Assembly: GCA_002498525.1 (NCBI GenBank)
Contig: DAHR01000013.1
Coordinates: 43,748-107,747, forward strand
DNA: 64,000 nt
Direction of reading: 5' to 3'
From: Euryarchaeota archaeon UBA58
GTDB taxonomy: Archaea > Thermoplasmatota > Poseidoniia > Poseidoniales > Thalassarchaeaceae
The notes beneath the pieces were generated by a model. That model worked only from the letters and a program-made list of their open reading frames with translations. It did no database searches and was not told where the DNA came from. Every line of letters begins with the position of its first letter. Position 1 is the first letter of the stretch. Made by a program: the position numbers and the translations under genes. Positions 36,031 to 45,515 of this stretch are shown here, piece by piece.

Positions 36031-37203
36031 ATGCCGTACGAAGCACTCGATTTCTACGATGTTGATTCCCTTCTGACAGAAGAAGAGAGGATGGTTCGCG
36101 ACATGGTTCGCGACTTCGTCGACGAGGAGGTGTTACCGAAAATCGAGCAAGCCTGTGCAGATGGCGTCTTCCCTGATGAGTGGCGTGTCGCCCTCGGTGA
36201 GATGGGCGTGCTCGGCGCACCTCTCGAGGGCTACGGTTGCCCCGGACTCTCCTACACCGCATACGGTGTCATCTGCCGCGAGTTGGAGCGAGGGGATTCT
36301 GGTCTGCGCTCATTCGCGAGCGTTCAAGGTTCATTGGCGATGTACCCGATCTGGGAATTCGGCAGCGAGGAGCAGAAGAATCACTACCTGCCGAAGATGG
36401 CGAGTGGCGAATGGGTCGGTTGCTTCGGATTGACCGAGCCGGATTACGGCTCGAACCCCGGTGACATGATCACCAAGGCAGAGGACAAGGGCGACCACTT
36501 CCTGCTCAACGGGGCCAAGATGTGGATCACCAACGGCACCATCGCTCAAGTCGCTATCGTCTGGGCAAAGCTCGACGGAGTCATCCGTGGCTTCATCGTC
36601 GAGAAGGGAGACGAAGGATTCTCGGCGCCTGAGATGAAGGGCAAACACTCGCTCAAAGCCTCGGTCACGAGCGAGTTGGTGTTCTCCGACTGCAAGATTC
36701 CGAAAGATCGAATCCTACCGGATGGCAAGGGCTTGAAGGGTCCGTTCTCCTGTCTCAACAACGCTCGTTACGGTATCGCCTGGGGGGCTGTCGGAGCGGC
36801 TCAGGCCTGCTTCGATTCAGCCAGAGATTACGCCGGAACCCGGATTCAATTCACTCATCCAATCGCCTCCTACCAATTGGTTCAGAACAAGTTGGCTTGG
36901 ATGTTGCGTGAAATCACAAAGGCACAACTGCTCGCTTATCATCTGGCTGTGAAGAAGGATGCTGGGACTTGGATTGCCGAGCATATCTCGCTGGCGAAGA
37001 TGAACAATGTCGATATCGCTCTCGATATCGCTCGAATGGCGCGGGACATCCATGGGGCGAACGGGATTCTGGACGAATACTGCATCATGCGACACATGGC
37101 GAACCTCGAATCGGTCAAGACCTACGAGGGCACACACGACATCCACAACCTGATTCTCGGGCGGCACATCACCGGCATTCAGGCCTTCACCCGTGAAATC
37201 TGA
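36031..37203 (+). CDS. gcdH: Glutaryl-CoA dehydrogenase
   Basis: GCFGLTEPDYGSNPGDM, GAKMWITNG and the C-terminal TYEGTHDIHNLILGR are typical of the GCDH subfamily of ACADs. Confidence 0.8.
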   Translation: MPYEALDFYDVDSLLTEEERMVRDMVRDFVDEEVLPKIEQACADGVFPDEWRVALGEMGVLGAPLEGYGCPGLSYTAYGVICRELERGDSGLRSFASVQGSLAMYPIWEFGSEEQKNHYLPKMASGEWVGCFGLTEPDYGSNPGDMITKAEDKGDHFLLNGAKMWITNGTIAQVAIVWAKLDGVIRGFIVEKGDEGFSAPEMKGKHSLKASVTSELVFSDCKIPKDRILPDGKGLKGPFSCLNNARYGIAWGAVGAAQACFDSARDYAGTRIQFTHPIASYQLVQNKLAWMLREITKAQLLAYHLAVKKDAGTWIAEHISLAKMNNVDIALDIARMARDIHGANGILDEYCIMRHMANLESVKTYEGTHDIHNLILGRHITGIQAFTREI

Positions 37204-37292
37204 GTTGATTCGTTTTTTCACGCTGACGGCGAGGTGCGTTGAGGCCTGAGGGGTGACTCTTCGTTCGCATCGGGATTACACGACAATGAAAT

Positions 37293-37913
37293 GTGAGTAG
37301 GCCCGCAAGGCTGCCCATGGCTGCGGTTGACGATTGGCGATTCACAGCCAGATTCGGCGAGGTAATCGGCATCTCGGACGGTGTCGTCGCACACTCGAAC
37401 GCCTTCTCGACATTCGACTCGGGCGAGGAGGCTTCGCTGAGAACGAATGATGGAGAAGTCTACACCGGCGTTAAGTGGATGTGTGTTGAATTTGCCCGCC
37501 GATTCTGGTTCGTCAAGTACGGAGTCACATTCGGCTCAGTCGAGACGGCTGCTGACATGTGGGCTGAGACAAAGTCTGCTGGAAAACCCAACAGTGAATC
37601 TCGTGGGGTTGTCGCTCGCGAAAATGGTGGCTCGACAAAACCGCGGCGTGGAGATCTGCTTATTTACGACCGGGCTGAGCGCGATTTCCTTGGCGCTGGA
37701 CACGTCGCAGTCATCGTCGAAGTGAAGAAAAAACGAATCAAGGTCGCTGAACAGAACTGGGATAATCGACCTTGGCAACTCGAGCGTTCAGCTCGTTATC
37801 TGTCTCTCACCGAAGAGGGGGGCGCCTACCGAATCACTGATGAAAATCCAATGCCCGATGGTGGCGAGCCGCTCGGAGAAGAAGTCATCCGCGGCTGGCT
37901 TCGCCTCGAGTGA
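37293..37913 (+). CDS. CHAP-domain amidase resembling the N-terminal amidase domain of glutathionylspermidine synthetase/amidase
   Basis: GVKWMCVEFARRFWF (Cys nucleophile context) and GAGHVAVIVEV..KRIKVAEQNW (His region). Confidence 0.6.
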   Translation: MSRPARLPMAAVDDWRFTARFGEVIGISDGVVAHSNAFSTFDSGEEASLRTNDGEVYTGVKWMCVEFARRFWFVKYGVTFGSVETAADMWAETKSAGKPNSESRGVVARENGGSTKPRRGDLLIYDRAERDFLGAGHVAVIVEVKKKRIKVAEQNWDNRPWQLERSARYLSLTEEGGAYRITDENPMPDGGEPLGEEVIRGWLRLE

Positions 37914-38102
37914 AATCAGAAATTCAGAAACCCCTCCGGCAATCAAAGAAGATGTAGCACCGCTTCGAGAAAAATGGAAGGAAGCTTTGGCTACCATCGC
38001 CGACGCTTGAAGTAACGAAACCGTTGCCGAATCCACCTTTGGTGGGTTGCCGAATCTTCATAGATGAGTCTCGGGTCGCGGGCCTGTCCAAGAGGCCGTT
38101 AC

Positions 38103-38864
38103 ATGACGATAGCAGTACTCCTAAAACAGGTTCCCGACACGACTGCGAAGATCACGGTCAGTGGGGGTCGTGTCGACGAGAGCGCCGTCTCAAAATGGTC
38201 GATGAGTCCTTACGACGAATACGCTCTCGAGTCCGCTCTGCAACTCAAGGATTCTGGCGGTGAAGACATCGTCGTCATCACCGCCGGGCCGGCACGCTGC
38301 GAGAAGCTCCTGCGCGATGCTGCTGCGGTGGGTGCCGATAATCTGGTTCACGTCTTGGTCGAGAACATCGGTGATCTCGACTCGACTCAAGTCCAAGCAC
38401 TTCTGGCTGCTGCTGTGACAAACAGCGGCGCTGAGGTGGTCTTCTGCGGCAAGCAGGCCGCTGACACCAATGCTGGCTCGACTGGTCCGGGCGTTGCCGA
38501 ACTCCTCGGAGCTGCCTGCGTCACGCTGGTCTCGAAAGTCTCCGCCGATGGCGATGGCTACTCCGCTCTTCGGCCAAGTGCGGCCGGCAGCGAGCGAGTC
38601 GCAGTCTCAGCACCTTGTGTCTTCGCTTTCGACAAGGGCCGAACCGAGATGCGCCGACCCAATGTCCGTGGCATCATGATGGCCAAGAAGAAGCCTATCG
38701 AGACTCTGACAGCGGGCGATCTCGGCGTCGATCTCGGAGCTGCATCAGTCACCATCATTTCACACTCACCACCGGCCGAGAAACCTCCAGGACAGAAGTT
38801 CGAGGGGGCCGATTCGGTCTCGACGGTTGTGGGCAAACTTCGCGATGAAGCGAACGTGATTTGA
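38103..38864 (+). CDS. etfB: Electron transfer flavoprotein beta subunit
   Basis: MTIAVLLKQVPDTTAKI...SPYDEYALESALQLKD is the canonical ETF-beta N-terminus. Start at ATG 38103 within track ORF 38064..38864. Confidence 0.85.
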   Translation: MTIAVLLKQVPDTTAKITVSGGRVDESAVSKWSMSPYDEYALESALQLKDSGGEDIVVITAGPARCEKLLRDAAAVGADNLVHVLVENIGDLDSTQVQALLAAAVTNSGAEVVFCGKQAADTNAGSTGPGVAELLGAACVTLVSKVSADGDGYSALRPSAAGSERVAVSAPCVFAFDKGRTEMRRPNVRGIMMAKKKPIETLTAGDLGVDLGAASVTIISHSPPAEKPPGQKFEGADSVSTVVGKLRDEANVI

Positions 38865-38870
38865 GGGGGG
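38863..38870 (+). promoter_or_regulatory. Shine-Dalgarno-like GAGGGGGG 6 nt upstream of the etfA ATG
   Basis: Purine-rich motif overlapping the etfB stop. Consistent with internal operon initiation. Confidence 0.4.
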
Positions 38871-38876
38871 CTTGCT

Positions 38877-39791
38877 ATGGAATTCACCGTTATTGCAGAA
38901 TCTACAGGAGGCTCACTCCACTCGACAACCGCACAACTCGTGGGCGCTGCCTGCGCTCTGGGCGGGTCTCCAACGGTCGTGGTACCAGGTGGGATTGGGG
39001 CTGAAGAAGCCGCGACAATCGCTGGTGTTTCGAAAGTCGTCTCAATGGTTGGCGACTGCTTCGGTTCCTTCGACGGCGGCGCATGGGCTAGCGCTCTGGC
39101 GCCACAATGCGCCGGTGTCGTCTTGGCGGCTGCAACTCCTATCGGACGCGAGGTTGGGGCTCGAATCGCTGCCAAGCGCGGCGTTGCTATCGTTCAGGAT
39201 GCGACCGCTCTTGCGGCTGGAATCACCATCACTCGCCCGATCTACTCGGGGAAGGCGGTCGAGACTTCGACGATTTCAGGAGATTGTGTCATCACCCTGC
39301 GCTCAAATGCATTCGAGGCTGCGGGTGATGGTGGCAGCGCGCCGATCAACGTGGTTGACCAGAGCGCTGATGTCAGTGTTGCAGTCAAGGAAGCCATCGC
39401 CAAGGCCAGCGAGAGACTCGATGTTGCCGAGGCAAATATCATCATCTCGGGAGGCCGAGGATTAGGATCCAAAGAGAACTTCACCCACCTCGAAGAGGTC
39501 GCCGATATGATTGGCGCAGCGGTCGGCGCGAGCCGAGCCGTCGTCGATGAATGGGGTCTGCCCCACCGCATGCAGGTCGGCCAGACCGGCAAGACGGTGA
39601 CGCCCTCGCTCTATATCGCGGTCGGCATCTCTGGCGCCATTCAGCATCTCGCTGGAATGCGCTCGAGCAAATACATAGTCGCCATCAACAAGGACCCTGA
39701 GGCGCCGATCTTCGGAGTCGCGGACTACGGAATCGTCGCGACTTGGGAAGAGGCTGTGCCAGCCCTCAAGGCTGCACTCGCAGCTCTTTGA
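38877..39791 (+). CDS. etfA: Electron transfer flavoprotein alpha subunit
   Basis: C-terminal FAD-binding signature IIISGGRGLGS...VGASRAVVDEWG...QVGQTGKTVTPSLYIAVGISGAIQH. Confidence 0.85.
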   Translation: MEFTVIAESTGGSLHSTTAQLVGAACALGGSPTVVVPGGIGAEEAATIAGVSKVVSMVGDCFGSFDGGAWASALAPQCAGVVLAAATPIGREVGARIAAKRGVAIVQDATALAAGITITRPIYSGKAVETSTISGDCVITLRSNAFEAAGDGGSAPINVVDQSADVSVAVKEAIAKASERLDVAEANIIISGGRGLGSKENFTHLEEVADMIGAAVGASRAVVDEWGLPHRMQVGQTGKTVTPSLYIAVGISGAIQHLAGMRSSKYIVAINKDPEAPIFGVADYGIVATWEEAVPALKAALAAL

Positions 39792-39877
39792 ACACTGTTC
39801 GCAGCTCTTTGAAATGCGATATTCGGGCTGTTCAAAACGGCACAGCGTTCAAGTTGAACACAAGTGTTCGGTGAAGC

Positions 39878-40531
39878 GTGGCAGATGACTCGTTATTCGC
39901 TTCGCCGCAAGTGAGAATGGCAATCGGATTAGTATTCATCATCGGAATTCTCACCGGACTTTTGCTAGCCAATTCGATCATTGGCGATATTCCTGAAATC
40001 ACCGACGCCGATGGTGACGGCATCGCCGACATATTCGACATCGAACCCAGCGGAGATGCCGGCCTGACTTTCTCGCTCATTGAGATCATTCACGGGCAAT
40101 CGACCGAGGACCGCTCGTTGACGCTGATACTCGGCTATAACGATGGCAATGATCAGTCCGGAACGCTCGCCGGACAGGTCTGCAGCCTCAATTTCACAGT
40201 TGCAGCGAACACTTCGGTGACTCGCCCGACCCACTCCTGCGCCTTCCAAGTGGACGACTACGGCCGCCGCTCGGTCTCCTTCGAATATCGCCTGTTCGAG
40301 ACGCTTGCTGGCGGCGTCGATGACGGGGTCGAAGTTGCGTGGGACCTCTTTCCCGGTGCCGACGCCGATAACCCGTGGGGAACCAATGCCACTGTTGACC
40401 CGATGGTTCTGGCCAATGGCGTGAGGATCGTGTTGGATGGCATGTCTGATGGGGATGCTTGGGAGAATAACGCACGAACCGTGTGGATGGCTTCAAGCAA
40501 TATTTTCATTGAATGTGAAGATTGCGACTGA
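39878..40531 (+). CDS. N-terminally anchored hypothetical protein with DADGDG calcium-loop motif
   Basis: GTG start. TM helix MAIGLVFIIGILTGLLLA, then DADGDGIADIFD. No family recognised. Confidence 0.5.
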   Translation: MADDSLFASPQVRMAIGLVFIIGILTGLLLANSIIGDIPEITDADGDGIADIFDIEPSGDAGLTFSLIEIIHGQSTEDRSLTLILGYNDGNDQSGTLAGQVCSLNFTVAANTSVTRPTHSCAFQVDDYGRRSVSFEYRLFETLAGGVDDGVEVAWDLFPGADADNPWGTNATVDPMVLANGVRIVLDGMSDGDAWENNARTVWMASSNIFIECEDCD

Positions 40532-40553
40532 AACTGAATGAACCTCTCGCGGC

Positions 40554-42083
40554 TCACAGAATTCGCACTGTGGTGATTGACGTCACACTTGCTCCACGGT
40601 CGTCAGTGACTGTCAATTCGAAGGAATGCACACCCTTCGGGAGTCGGACATTGAGTTGTGGCGTGTGTCCGATGACTCGACCCTTCGCATCTTGCCAAGC
40701 CCAGGATTCGATGCTGCCGTCAGGGTCGTACGACCTGCTGCCGTCGAGCAGAATGGTTGCTGTCCCGTCATCGTCGGCTTCGGTGGTTTTCTCGTCGCCC
40801 GCGTCGGCGATGGGTGGCAGATTGATAGCGCGGGCGGAAGCGCTGAGGTCTTCGAGCAAGTCGGCCTCGACACTTGGCGCTTCTGTGAGAATCTCCATCT
40901 CCTCGTCCAGCGCCCCCATCAGTTCTGCTGTGTCGGCAGCCATTTCTGGTGGTGCGTCGGCGGCCTCGAGTTCTTCTTCCGAGAGGCCGCCGGCATGGGT
41001 ATCGCCAGCTGGTCTAAGTTCTTCATAATCGAAATTCTCGTCTTCTGGAAGTCTCGGTTCTGAGTCAGGGTCGAGGATGACAATCGGTGCGGGAGATTGG
41101 CCCGCGGGTGCTTCGCCCAAGGCGGCTATCGTGCCATTGTCGAGGTCGAGCAAGTGAGTGACGAGTCCGGTGTGTTCGAATGACCAGATGGTCTCGCCCA
41201 CGGCGGTCATTCGGATTATGTTGAACCATGATGCCACGAGCAGGTCATCTTCCCACGGAATGATACTGCTCGTCGAGTAATCGAGTCTGGCAACCTCTTC
41301 GTAGCCCTTCGAACCAACCTCAAGACGAATGATGCTGCCATCGAAGCAGCCGACCAGTGCTCCGGTTTCAGTCGGTAGCAAGGAAGTCGTTCGGGATGGA
41401 AGTTCTGTCGTGTGAATGAGTCCATTCTGTGGATGCCAACATTCCAATCGATTCTCGGGCCGCTCATCGAGAGCCATTCCGAGTGAATCGCGGCAGACCA
41501 TCAGCACACCATCGTGACGGAATTCCATCCGAGAAATCGTCTCGACATCATCATCGGCGGCCGCTGAATCATGCAGCGTACCTCCGTTCTGCTCAATAAT
41601 CAGCAATCGCCCATCCGAGAGGGCGATTGCGGTCACCGAACCGTCTGCATTCGAAGCGAGTCCGGTGACCTCACCATGGACTTCGCGCCCCAGTATCTCG
41701 CCTTCAGAGGATATGTGCGACACAGCACCTGCACCGTCAGCCAGCAACACCCCGTCGCCCGAGCCGACAATGATCTCGCAGCCAGCAGCCACATCCACAG
41801 TCCACTTTGTTTCACCTTGCAGAGCCGTCACACCATCTAGGCTCGTCGCAGCCACCACAGAATCACCAGAAGCGACCAGCCCGATGACCGAACTGCCGAA
41901 TTCTGAAACACCCAACAAGTCACCCTCACTCTGGAAGACAAGGAGTCTACCCGAGGAAGTACCGACCGCGAAACATGCCTCGGGCAGAGCACAGGCCGAG
42001 AGCGGCGCCTCATCCAATTCGATGAGTGAGACGCTCTCGATACTAGGCAGCACGAAGCCTGAACGAGCCACCGTCGTTTTCAT
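40554..42083 (-). CDS. Beta-propeller (PQQ/WD-like) + acidic linker + C-terminal PKD-like domain protein
   Basis: Repeated G-rich strand ladders in the N-terminal 340 aa. Glu/Asp linker. C-terminal LDGSRSYDPDGSIESWAW...ELTVTDDRGASV is the PKD signature. Confidence 0.65.
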   Translation of the reverse strand: MKTTVARSGFVLPSIESVSLIELDEAPLSACALPEACFAVGTSSGRLLVFQSEGDLLGVSEFGSSVIGLVASGDSVVAATSLDGVTALQGETKWTVDVAAGCEIIVGSGDGVLLADGAGAVSHISSEGEILGREVHGEVTGLASNADGSVTAIALSDGRLLIIEQNGGTLHDSAAADDDVETISRMEFRHDGVLMVCRDSLGMALDERPENRLECWHPQNGLIHTTELPSRTTSLLPTETGALVGCFDGSIIRLEVGSKGYEEVARLDYSTSSIIPWEDDLLVASWFNIIRMTAVGETIWSFEHTGLVTHLLDLDNGTIAALGEAPAGQSPAPIVILDPDSEPRLPEDENFDYEELRPAGDTHAGGLSEEELEAADAPPEMAADTAELMGALDEEMEILTEAPSVEADLLEDLSASARAINLPPIADAGDEKTTEADDDGTATILLDGSRSYDPDGSIESWAWQDAKGRVIGHTPQLNVRLPKGVHSFELTVTDDRGASVTSITTVRIL

Positions 42084-42188
42084 TCTGTCGCGCGCACGAG
42101 CCGGAAACGAATCGTGCCATTTCGCAGATTATCGACGCATGCAATTTCGCATATTTTGGGAATCTCAGAAAAAAACGTCACGCGCGCG

Positions 42189-43679
42189 TCACGCTTTGGC
42201 CGAATCCTTCCGCTTCGCCTCGAGAGCGGTGAGATAATCCGCATCGATTCGGCCAGCAACATATTTTCCATCGAAGCAAGAACAATCGAAATTCACCAAA
42301 TGTTCACCCCCAGCACCGAGACAACACTCGACGAGATCATCGAGATGCTGATAGATTAACCAATCAGCGCCAATCGCTTCAGCGATCTCGTCGACAGTCC
42401 TGTTGTGAGCCACGTACTCATGCTTTGCGGGCAGGTCGATCCCGTACACATTCGGATGCACGACGGGGGGAGAGGAAGAGGCGAAGTAGACGTGTTTCGC
42501 GCCGGCTTCACGAGCCATTTCAACGATTCTTCGACTGGTGTTTCCGCGAATGATGCTATCATCGACGATGAGCAGCGTCTTGCCTTCGAATTCAGCTTGA
42601 ATCGTATTCAATTTCTTTCGCACGGAATCCTTCCGCATCTCTTGCTCCGGCATGATGAACGTGCGACCGATGTAGCGATTCTTGACGAAACCCTCGCGGT
42701 ACGGAACCCCCAATTCCCGCGCCAACTCAAGTGCGGCGATCCTCCCGCTATCGGGTACTGGGATGACAGCGTCGATTTGGTGATCGGGGTGCTCTACTGC
42801 GATTCGTTGGGCTAGTTTCTCCCCCATCTTGAGGCGCGCCCCGTGAACTGAGACTCCATCCATTCTGGAGTCCGGCCGTGCGAAATAGACGTGTTCGAAG
42901 ATGCACGGTCGATGAGTCGGAGAATCGTGGCAGACCCTCGCGCTCGTCGCCCCGTCCATGCGCACGATCACGACTTCCCCTGGTAGGATGTCGCGCTCGA
43001 ACTCGAAGTCGAGAGCCTTCATCGCCACCGATTCGGAGGCGATGATTGTCTCGGTGAAGCCGTCGACCTCGGAGGTTCCCATGCACAGAGGCCGGATGCC
43101 GAATGGGTCCCGGAAAGCGACGATTCCCCATCCGGTGATCATGGTGACGACCGAGTACGAACCCTCGACTCGATCGTGAATGGCGGTGACCGAGCGGAAT
43201 ATGTCCTCTTCGCTGAGCGCCGATAGGCCACCGACGCGGCCGTTGACGCAGCGCTGGATCTCGGCCGCGAGCAGGTTGAGCAGCGCTTCGCTGTCCGAGC
43301 TCGTGTTGATGCGCCGATGGTCCCGCTCTAGCAAGCCGGCGATGATATCCTCTGGATTGGTCAGGTTGCCATTGTGCGCAAGGCTGACCCCGAAGGGCGA
43401 ATTGGTGTAGAATGGTTGGGCTTCTGCGGCGGAGGATGAGCCCGCGGTGGGGTAGCGAACGTGGGCGATTCCCATCGAGCCTTCCAGATTCTTGATGTGG
43501 CGAAGACGGAAGACATCGCGGACCAGTCCATTTGCGCGGCGGTGCGAGATGTTGTCGCAGTCACTCGTGACGATACCCGCCGCATCCTGTCCACGATGCT
43601 GCAGAACCAGCAGTCCGTCATACAGAGTCTTGCCCACTTGGGAGTCAGGATGCCCGACAAGGCCGATGATTCCGCACAT
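42189..43679 (-). CDS. purF: Amidophosphoribosyltransferase
   Basis: N-terminal MCGIIG nucleophile, NGNL.N motif, PRPP loop LLIVDDSIIRGNTS, C-terminal Cys cluster region. Confidence 0.9.
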   Translation of the reverse strand: MCGIIGLVGHPDSQVGKTLYDGLLVLQHRGQDAAGIVTSDCDNISHRRANGLVRDVFRLRHIKNLEGSMGIAHVRYPTAGSSSAAEAQPFYTNSPFGVSLAHNGNLTNPEDIIAGLLERDHRRINTSSDSEALLNLLAAEIQRCVNGRVGGLSALSEEDIFRSVTAIHDRVEGSYSVVTMITGWGIVAFRDPFGIRPLCMGTSEVDGFTETIIASESVAMKALDFEFERDILPGEVVIVRMDGATSARVCHDSPTHRPCIFEHVYFARPDSRMDGVSVHGARLKMGEKLAQRIAVEHPDHQIDAVIPVPDSGRIAALELARELGVPYREGFVKNRYIGRTFIMPEQEMRKDSVRKKLNTIQAEFEGKTLLIVDDSIIRGNTSRRIVEMAREAGAKHVYFASSSPPVVHPNVYGIDLPAKHEYVAHNRTVDEIAEAIGADWLIYQHLDDLVECCLGAGGEHLVNFDCSCFDGKYVAGRIDADYLTALEAKRKDSAKA

Positions 43680-43736
43680 CGGGTATCATACCTGCCTGAG
43701 AGGAGAGGGACTTAGCCATTTCCGGCTATCCAACGT

Positions 43737-43928
43737 TCATTTCTTCGGTGGGTAAGCCAGCGAGCGATTGCGCTTGCTCCAGCGGAACTTGCGCTTTCGG
43801 GCGGTGACACCATAGCCGCACGAAGCGCATTGGCGCTTCTGCTTGTGGTAGGAATGCTTGCCGCAGCGGCGGCAACGGATGTGGGTGGACTTCTGCCTCT
43901 TACCCATGCTTGGAGTACCCTTTGACAT
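43737..43928 (-). CDS. rpl37e: 50S ribosomal protein L37e
   Basis: [40 protein letters not shown] is the canonical L37e with a C4 zinc ribbon. Start at ATG 43928. Confidence 0.9.
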   Translation of the reverse strand: MSKGTPSMGKRQKSTHIRCRRCGKHSYHKQKRQCASCGYGVTARKRKFRWSKRNRSLAYPPKK

Positions 43929-44057
43929 GATGACCACCTGTTAGGACAGCGCGGCGACCGACCGGCGTGTTATGAGCGTTATGCACGCAAATGCCGAGCC
44001 CCATGATGCGAGAGGGGCGAGCATGAGTGAGCGCAGTCATCGACCCCAAGGGGTCGC

Positions 44058-44477
44058 TCAGTCGTCGATAGAAGCCAGTAGGGGGTCCTCTGCTGAACGC
44101 GGGAAGGTGATTCTAAGCATCTGCAAGGTACCGACTGCGAAGAGCAGAGGCAGGAACAGGAACAAGGTCGAGAATCCGAAGTCAAGCCAGAGGAATAAGA
44201 GACTCTTGAAATTGTCCAGGAGACTCTTGAAATTATCCAGTTCGAAGAGATACATACTGCCAGTATCTTGGCCCTGACCAGCGACCACCCCTAGCATCAG
44301 AACCGGTCCGAGGAGGAATATGATTGAAGCGAGAATCGGTAGAATCGGCCGATGGTATTCATTGAATGTCGCCAGCAGATGAATCAGGAAGCAGAAACTC
44401 ACCGTCACCATACCTACACCGATGCACGTCGCCACATTAATCGGTACCTCAATGAGGAACGAGAGCATCTCGATCAT
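44058..44477 (-). CDS. Hypothetical multi-pass membrane protein (139 aa)
   Basis: Hydrophobic ORF. Its start overlaps the upstream ORF stop by 4 nt (ATGA coupling). Contains a 21-bp tandem duplication. Confidence 0.55.
   Translation of the reverse strand: MIEMLSFLIEVPINVATCIGVGMVTVSFCFLIHLLATFNEYHRPILPILASIIFLLGPVLMLGVVAGQGQDTGSMYLFELDNFKSLLDNFKSLLFLWLDFGFSTLFLFLPLLFAVGTLQMLRITFPRSAEDPLLASIDD
44200..44241. repeat. 21-bp tandem duplication (2 copies, 2 mismatches)
   Basis: agactcttgaaattgtccagg / agactcttgaaattatccagt encodes LDNFKSL twice on the minus strand. Confidence 0.85.
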
Positions 44478-45076
44478 TCCACCTCACCTCCGAGATTGCG
44501 TCGGATCATCTCGGTAACCATCCTGCTCTCGCGTTCGTCCAGCGGCGCGATCTTGGGCATTCGAGGTGTCTTCCGCTCGGTGTATCGAACCACCTGAACG
44601 TGGATCCAGATGGTCGCAGCCATGCTGGCGAGGACAATCAGTCCGAGGAGGATGAAGAAGGGTTCTGAGATGATGAATTCGTAGAACCACATCCTCGACA
44701 TCAGAAACCAGGCCGCGATGACCAGAGCCCATCCAGCGGTGACGCTGCGCGGCCTGTTCCTGCCGTAGACCGAAGAGCCTCTGATGATCATCAGCGAGCC
44801 CAACAGAGCGAGAACGATCCATGACAATGAACCGATCAAGACATCGAGATATTGATCTCGCAGATCCCATCGGCAGTGGTACAATCTCTGGCACTCAGCA
44901 TAACCGGGTTCGAAGACGAGCATCGGTTCGGGCAGGAAGACCATCAGAGCGAGGCCGAGCGCGCCCAAGGGCCAGCCGAAGCGACTGCGCTTGAAGGAAG
45001 GACCCATCCGCCCCATCGAGAAGGCAGCGAGCACCAGACTGAGACCTATGAGAACCTGCATCCCCCACGTCAGCAT
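44474..45076 (-). CDS. Hypothetical multi-pass membrane protein (200 aa)
   Basis: Five or six hydrophobic helices. Co-oriented and coupled with 44058..44477. Confidence 0.55.
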   Translation of the reverse strand: MLTWGMQVLIGLSLVLAAFSMGRMGPSFKRSRFGWPLGALGLALMVFLPEPMLVFEPGYAECQRLYHCRWDLRDQYLDVLIGSLSWIVLALLGSLMIIRGSSVYGRNRPRSVTAGWALVIAAWFLMSRMWFYEFIISEPFFILLGLIVLASMAATIWIHVQVVRYTERKTPRMPKIAPLDERESRMVTEMIRRNLGGEVE

Positions 45077-45207
45077 GAAGCGGGCTGGCGGTGTCTGATT
45101 CTTTGAATTGACGGCTGAGACCGGTCGACTTAGCCCCTAAAGGGGGCTTGAATCGGCTCGACACAATCATATACGGGTCATAGGTGGGCGCGTCGTCGCA
45201 AGACAGT

Positions 45208-45213
45208 GAGGTG
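45208..45213 (+). promoter_or_regulatory. Shine-Dalgarno-like GAGGTG 7 nt upstream of the rpl44e ATG
   Basis: cagtGAGGTGctaagcaATG. Similar G-rich motifs precede rps27e (GAGGGG) and aIF2-alpha (GGGGG). Confidence 0.4.
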
Positions 45214-45220
45214 CTAAGCA

Positions 45221-45502
45221 ATGGTCAAGATGCCACGCAAAGTGATGCGCTACAGTCCATCGGCTGGCAAGCACACTCTGCACGCTGTCGAGCGCGTCAA
45301 GAAGCGACGCGCGAGCGAGTTGAAGTGGGGTCAGCGTCGCTTCCGTCGAGTCACTGCAGGTTACCGCGGTTTCCCTCGACCTAAGCCGAGTGGCGAGAAG
45401 CCAACCAAGCGCGTCAACCTCCTTTACCGCTGCTCCGAGACGGGCAAGGCACACCAGCCAGCATCGCAGCGCGCCAAGAAGTTCGAGCTCATAGAGAGAT
45501 GA
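45221..45502 (+). CDS. rpl44e: 50S ribosomal protein L44e (cysteine-depleted variant)
   Basis: KHTLHAVERVKKRRASELKWGQRRFRRVTAGYRGFPRPKPSGEKPTKRV...AKKFEL is canonical L44e. Only one of the usual four zinc-ribbon Cys is kept. Confidence 0.88.
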   Translation: MVKMPRKVMRYSPSAGKHTLHAVERVKKRRASELKWGQRRFRRVTAGYRGFPRPKPSGEKPTKRVNLLYRCSETGKAHQPASQRAKKFELIER

Positions 45503-45515
45503 TTGAGGGGTCAGC

